From assembly GCA_037379345.1 (NCBI GenBank), contig CM074514.1, forward strand, positions 10,850,001 to 10,914,000: DNA of 64,000 bases. The letters run 5' to 3'. This document shows, piece by piece, positions 61,135-64,000 of the stretch (the first letter of the stretch is position 1; the number at the start of each line of letters is the position of its first letter). The stretch comes from Perna viridis (taxonomy: Eukaryota). Below the pieces are notes generated by a model that was not told the origin of the DNA, made no database searches, and was given only the letters and a program-made list of their open reading frames with translations. The position numbers and the translations under genes are program-made.

Positions 61135-62445
61135 AAGCACAATTTTACCGCACTTCTGCTTGAAAACATTTCTTAAGATATGTCTTGAAATATTGTATTA
61201 GGATATGAAAAAAATAGTTAATAGAATTTTGTATTGATTTCGGGCTTTCTGCTTTTAGTGTTACACACACACAGTAGCCGAGTGACCGAATAATCCCGAA
61301 TGAGTAATGCACGAGACTGGTAACATAGGTAGCTATCATTAAGGATAATTGTCCTTATAATGGGGTGTACAATGTACAACGCCTTTTTGTGCTTATTCAA
61401 ACCTTATGTGCAATATATATCGCATATTATTATTTACAGATTACACTGTATCACTTAAAGAAATAAAGTAAACTTGTACAAGATTTTTTTTATCAAGTGA
61501 TGTTGTTTAATGGTGTACAACATTTTACTACCCTTTATTTATAAATCCATTAAAGCTTCGTTTTCATTCAAACCCGTCGATCTCGTTTCCAAATGAGATC
61601 GATTGACAATTGCAAGTTGTGATCAACCAGCTCAGCAATATCCTCATTTCAGACAGAACTTCATGTTTCTATGCGTTTATATATATGTACCATAAAGCGT
61701 CACTGTCCCGCCCATAAATTATATACTTAATGGATACATAATAAATAAATCCAATGGCCGTGGTACAGGCTTATTTTATGGTTGAAGTTAAACGTAAAAA
61801 TATTACATAATACCTTTTAAATGATCCAATTTTAGGGCTTAAGATTGTGGACGCACTTTTTGTTTTTGTTTTCATGTGTTTATTTTTTTTCCACTTTCTC
61901 TCTTTTTATTCATTTATCTTTGTCACTTCCTAGCAAAACCTCCGCAATAAGAAAAACTTACACCATGATCACCGAGGCAAACATGGATTTCAGGTTAAGA
62001 GGCGTAAAAGGAATTAAAAACCGAGCGAACTGAGGCAAGAAAATAGGGGGTAGCATTTGTGAAAAATCAAGATTTCATGCAAAAATGCATTCCAATTTTT
62101 TAGGCACATCCTCTTTCCTTAGACCTGAACATTAGTCTTTTACAAAATTTATAATTGGAAATGAATAATTCAACTTTCAATATTGACGAATAGGCTACAA
62201 CAACTATTAGCTTCAATCAAGCAAAACCAAAATATCATCATGTATGTATTTATTTTTAACTAGAATTTCCATCATAAATATAATTTTTTGAGGAATTTTT
62301 AAAGAAAACAGAAATAATTGCAAAACCTGATGTATATTTTTTTATGATTTCGTTTGATAAATGAGAATTTACCACTACTAATTATGAATTTTCTATTTAC
62401 GTCACCTGTTGAGATGTTTATTAAATTAAATACAAAAAATGTATA

Positions 62446-64000
62446 AACTAGTGGCTACCGGGAACTTGAATCGCTCACCTGGTTCATTTTTCGCCTTCCA
62501 AGGACAATAACTGACAACGAGTCGTCCTACAACTTTGACCAATGAAGATCTTTCTAAGTTTTATTGTAAAAATCATTGCACCAATTGGATTTTTCTTTAT
62601 CTATTACGGACATCAAGATATTGTCTAAAAACTGCGTAAAACATGATTTTAGGTTTTTAAGGTCGCCCTTCAACTTGGACCCAACGAAAATTTTTTCAGA
62701 CCTTATCATAAGGATCATTTCATCAGTTCAAATTTTTATCTACCTACTTTGGTTCTCGACATTGCATAAAACATCAATTTTTCACCTTTCAAAGGCAATA
62801 ACTCTAACAAGAAGTCTTCCCACAACTTTGACCCAATTAGAGACTTTTGCAAGACTTACCATATGGCTCATTTCATCCATGAAGTTCTTTCTAAATATTA
62901 TGGATTTCCAGACATTGGCTAAAAACTGCATAAAACATAATTTCACGCCTTTTAAGGGCAATAATTCCAATAAAGTCGTCCTACAAATATGGCCCAATGG
63001 AACAGAACAGAATATAATGGTACCTACAAATACATTACAATGGAACAGAACAGAATAATGGTACCTACAAATACATTACAATGGAACAGAACAGAACAGA
63101 ATAATTGTACCTACAAATACATTACAATGGAACAGAACAGAATAATGGTACCTACAAATACAATACAATGGAACAGAACAGAATAATTGTACCTATAATA
63201 CATTACAATGGAACAGAACAGAATAATGGTACCTACAAATACATTACAATGGAACAGAACAGAATAATGGTACCTACAAATACATTACAATGGAACAGTA
63301 CAGAACAGAATAATTGTACCTACAAATACATTACAATGGAACAGAACAGAATAATGGTACCTACAAATACATTACAATGGAACAGAACAGAATAATTGTA
63401 CCTATAATACATTACAATGGAACAGAACAGAATAATGGTACCTACAAATACATTACAATGGAACAGAACAGAATAATGGTACCTACAAATACATTACAAT
63501 GGAACAGAACAGAACAGAATAATGGTACCTACAAATACATAACAATGGAACAGAACATAATAATGGTACCTACAAATACATTACAATGGAACAGAACAGA
63601 ACAGAATAATGGTACCTACAAATACATTACAATGGAAAAAGAGAAACAACAAATTATTTCTAGCAAGTTTCACAGACATTGTGTAGTGCTAAGAACTACA
63701 CGACACTCTATAAATACAGTGAAACGTGTCAAACATGGAAGTGATGGAGGTGGTGTACAAATGGTTTTCAAGATATTGGCTCAAGACTGCATCAAACATC
63801 ATTTTTCGCCTCTCAAGGAAAATAGGTCTAACTAGACGTCTTCCTACAAGTTCAACCCACTTTAGACTTTTGCAGGCCTTATCATAAGAATAGTTTCATC
63901 AACTGGAAGTTTTTTTATAGTATGGTTTTCAAGATATTGTCTAAAAACTGTATAAAACGTCATTTTTTTCCTTTCAAGCTAAACACTTTTGTAAGCTTAA
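62446..64000 (+). mobile_element. HINE/DINE-like element, running off the window end, with a minisatellite inside
   Basis: Starts AACTAGTGGC...ATCGCTCACCTGG. Degenerate ~170-bp internal repeats are the inverse of 48780-49200. Confidence 0.7.
62995..63637. repeat. 40-46-bp minisatellite, 15 units, with 5-unit higher-order periodicity
   Basis: Unit ACAATGGAACAGAACAGAATAATGGTACCTACAAATACATT, with long (+ACAGA) and short variants. Confidence 0.95.

Noticed and set aside
62995-63637. CRISPR-like array or repetitive protein ORFs
   Set aside because: There are no unique spacers, the unit length is usually not a multiple of 3, and the context is eukaryotic.

Overview
AT-rich, intron-containing animal DNA. 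The gene and repeat families point to a bivalve mollusc, which is inference from repeat types, not a database match. Three genes could be assembled by hand from GT-AG boundaries with consistent phases. (1) A complete muscle myosin II heavy chain on the minus strand (24 coding exons, 17678->3623, 1945 aa) with a TATA/CCAAT promoter near 18.05 kb. (2) A plus-strand gene for an uncharacterised protein made of two copies of a ~55-aa helical repeat (40.3/40.5-42.9 kb). (3) A minus-strand, secreted trypsin-fold protease homologue with His57->Ser and Ser195->Val (7 exons, 57314->45528, 281 aa). A possible frameshifted mytilin/myticin-like Cys-rich peptide gene lies at 2.1-2.6 kb. The rest is a dense, nested transposon landscape. 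It includes a 5'-truncated RTE-X-like LINE flanked by a 329-bp direct duplication and three full-length copies of a ~510-bp SINE-like retroelement whose head is a structured, pseudoknot-capable RNA rather than a tRNA. It also holds many Penelope-like RT remnants sharing a covarying multi-helix 3' RNA structure, plus Helentron-type (HINE) elements, MITEs and minisatellites. The most promising unexplained signals are the two retroelement RNA structures (candidate ribozyme or recognition modules), the very long target-site duplication, and a 74-bp duplication that copies a splice acceptor of the myosin gene. All coordinates and folds were worked out by eye, and no searches were run.
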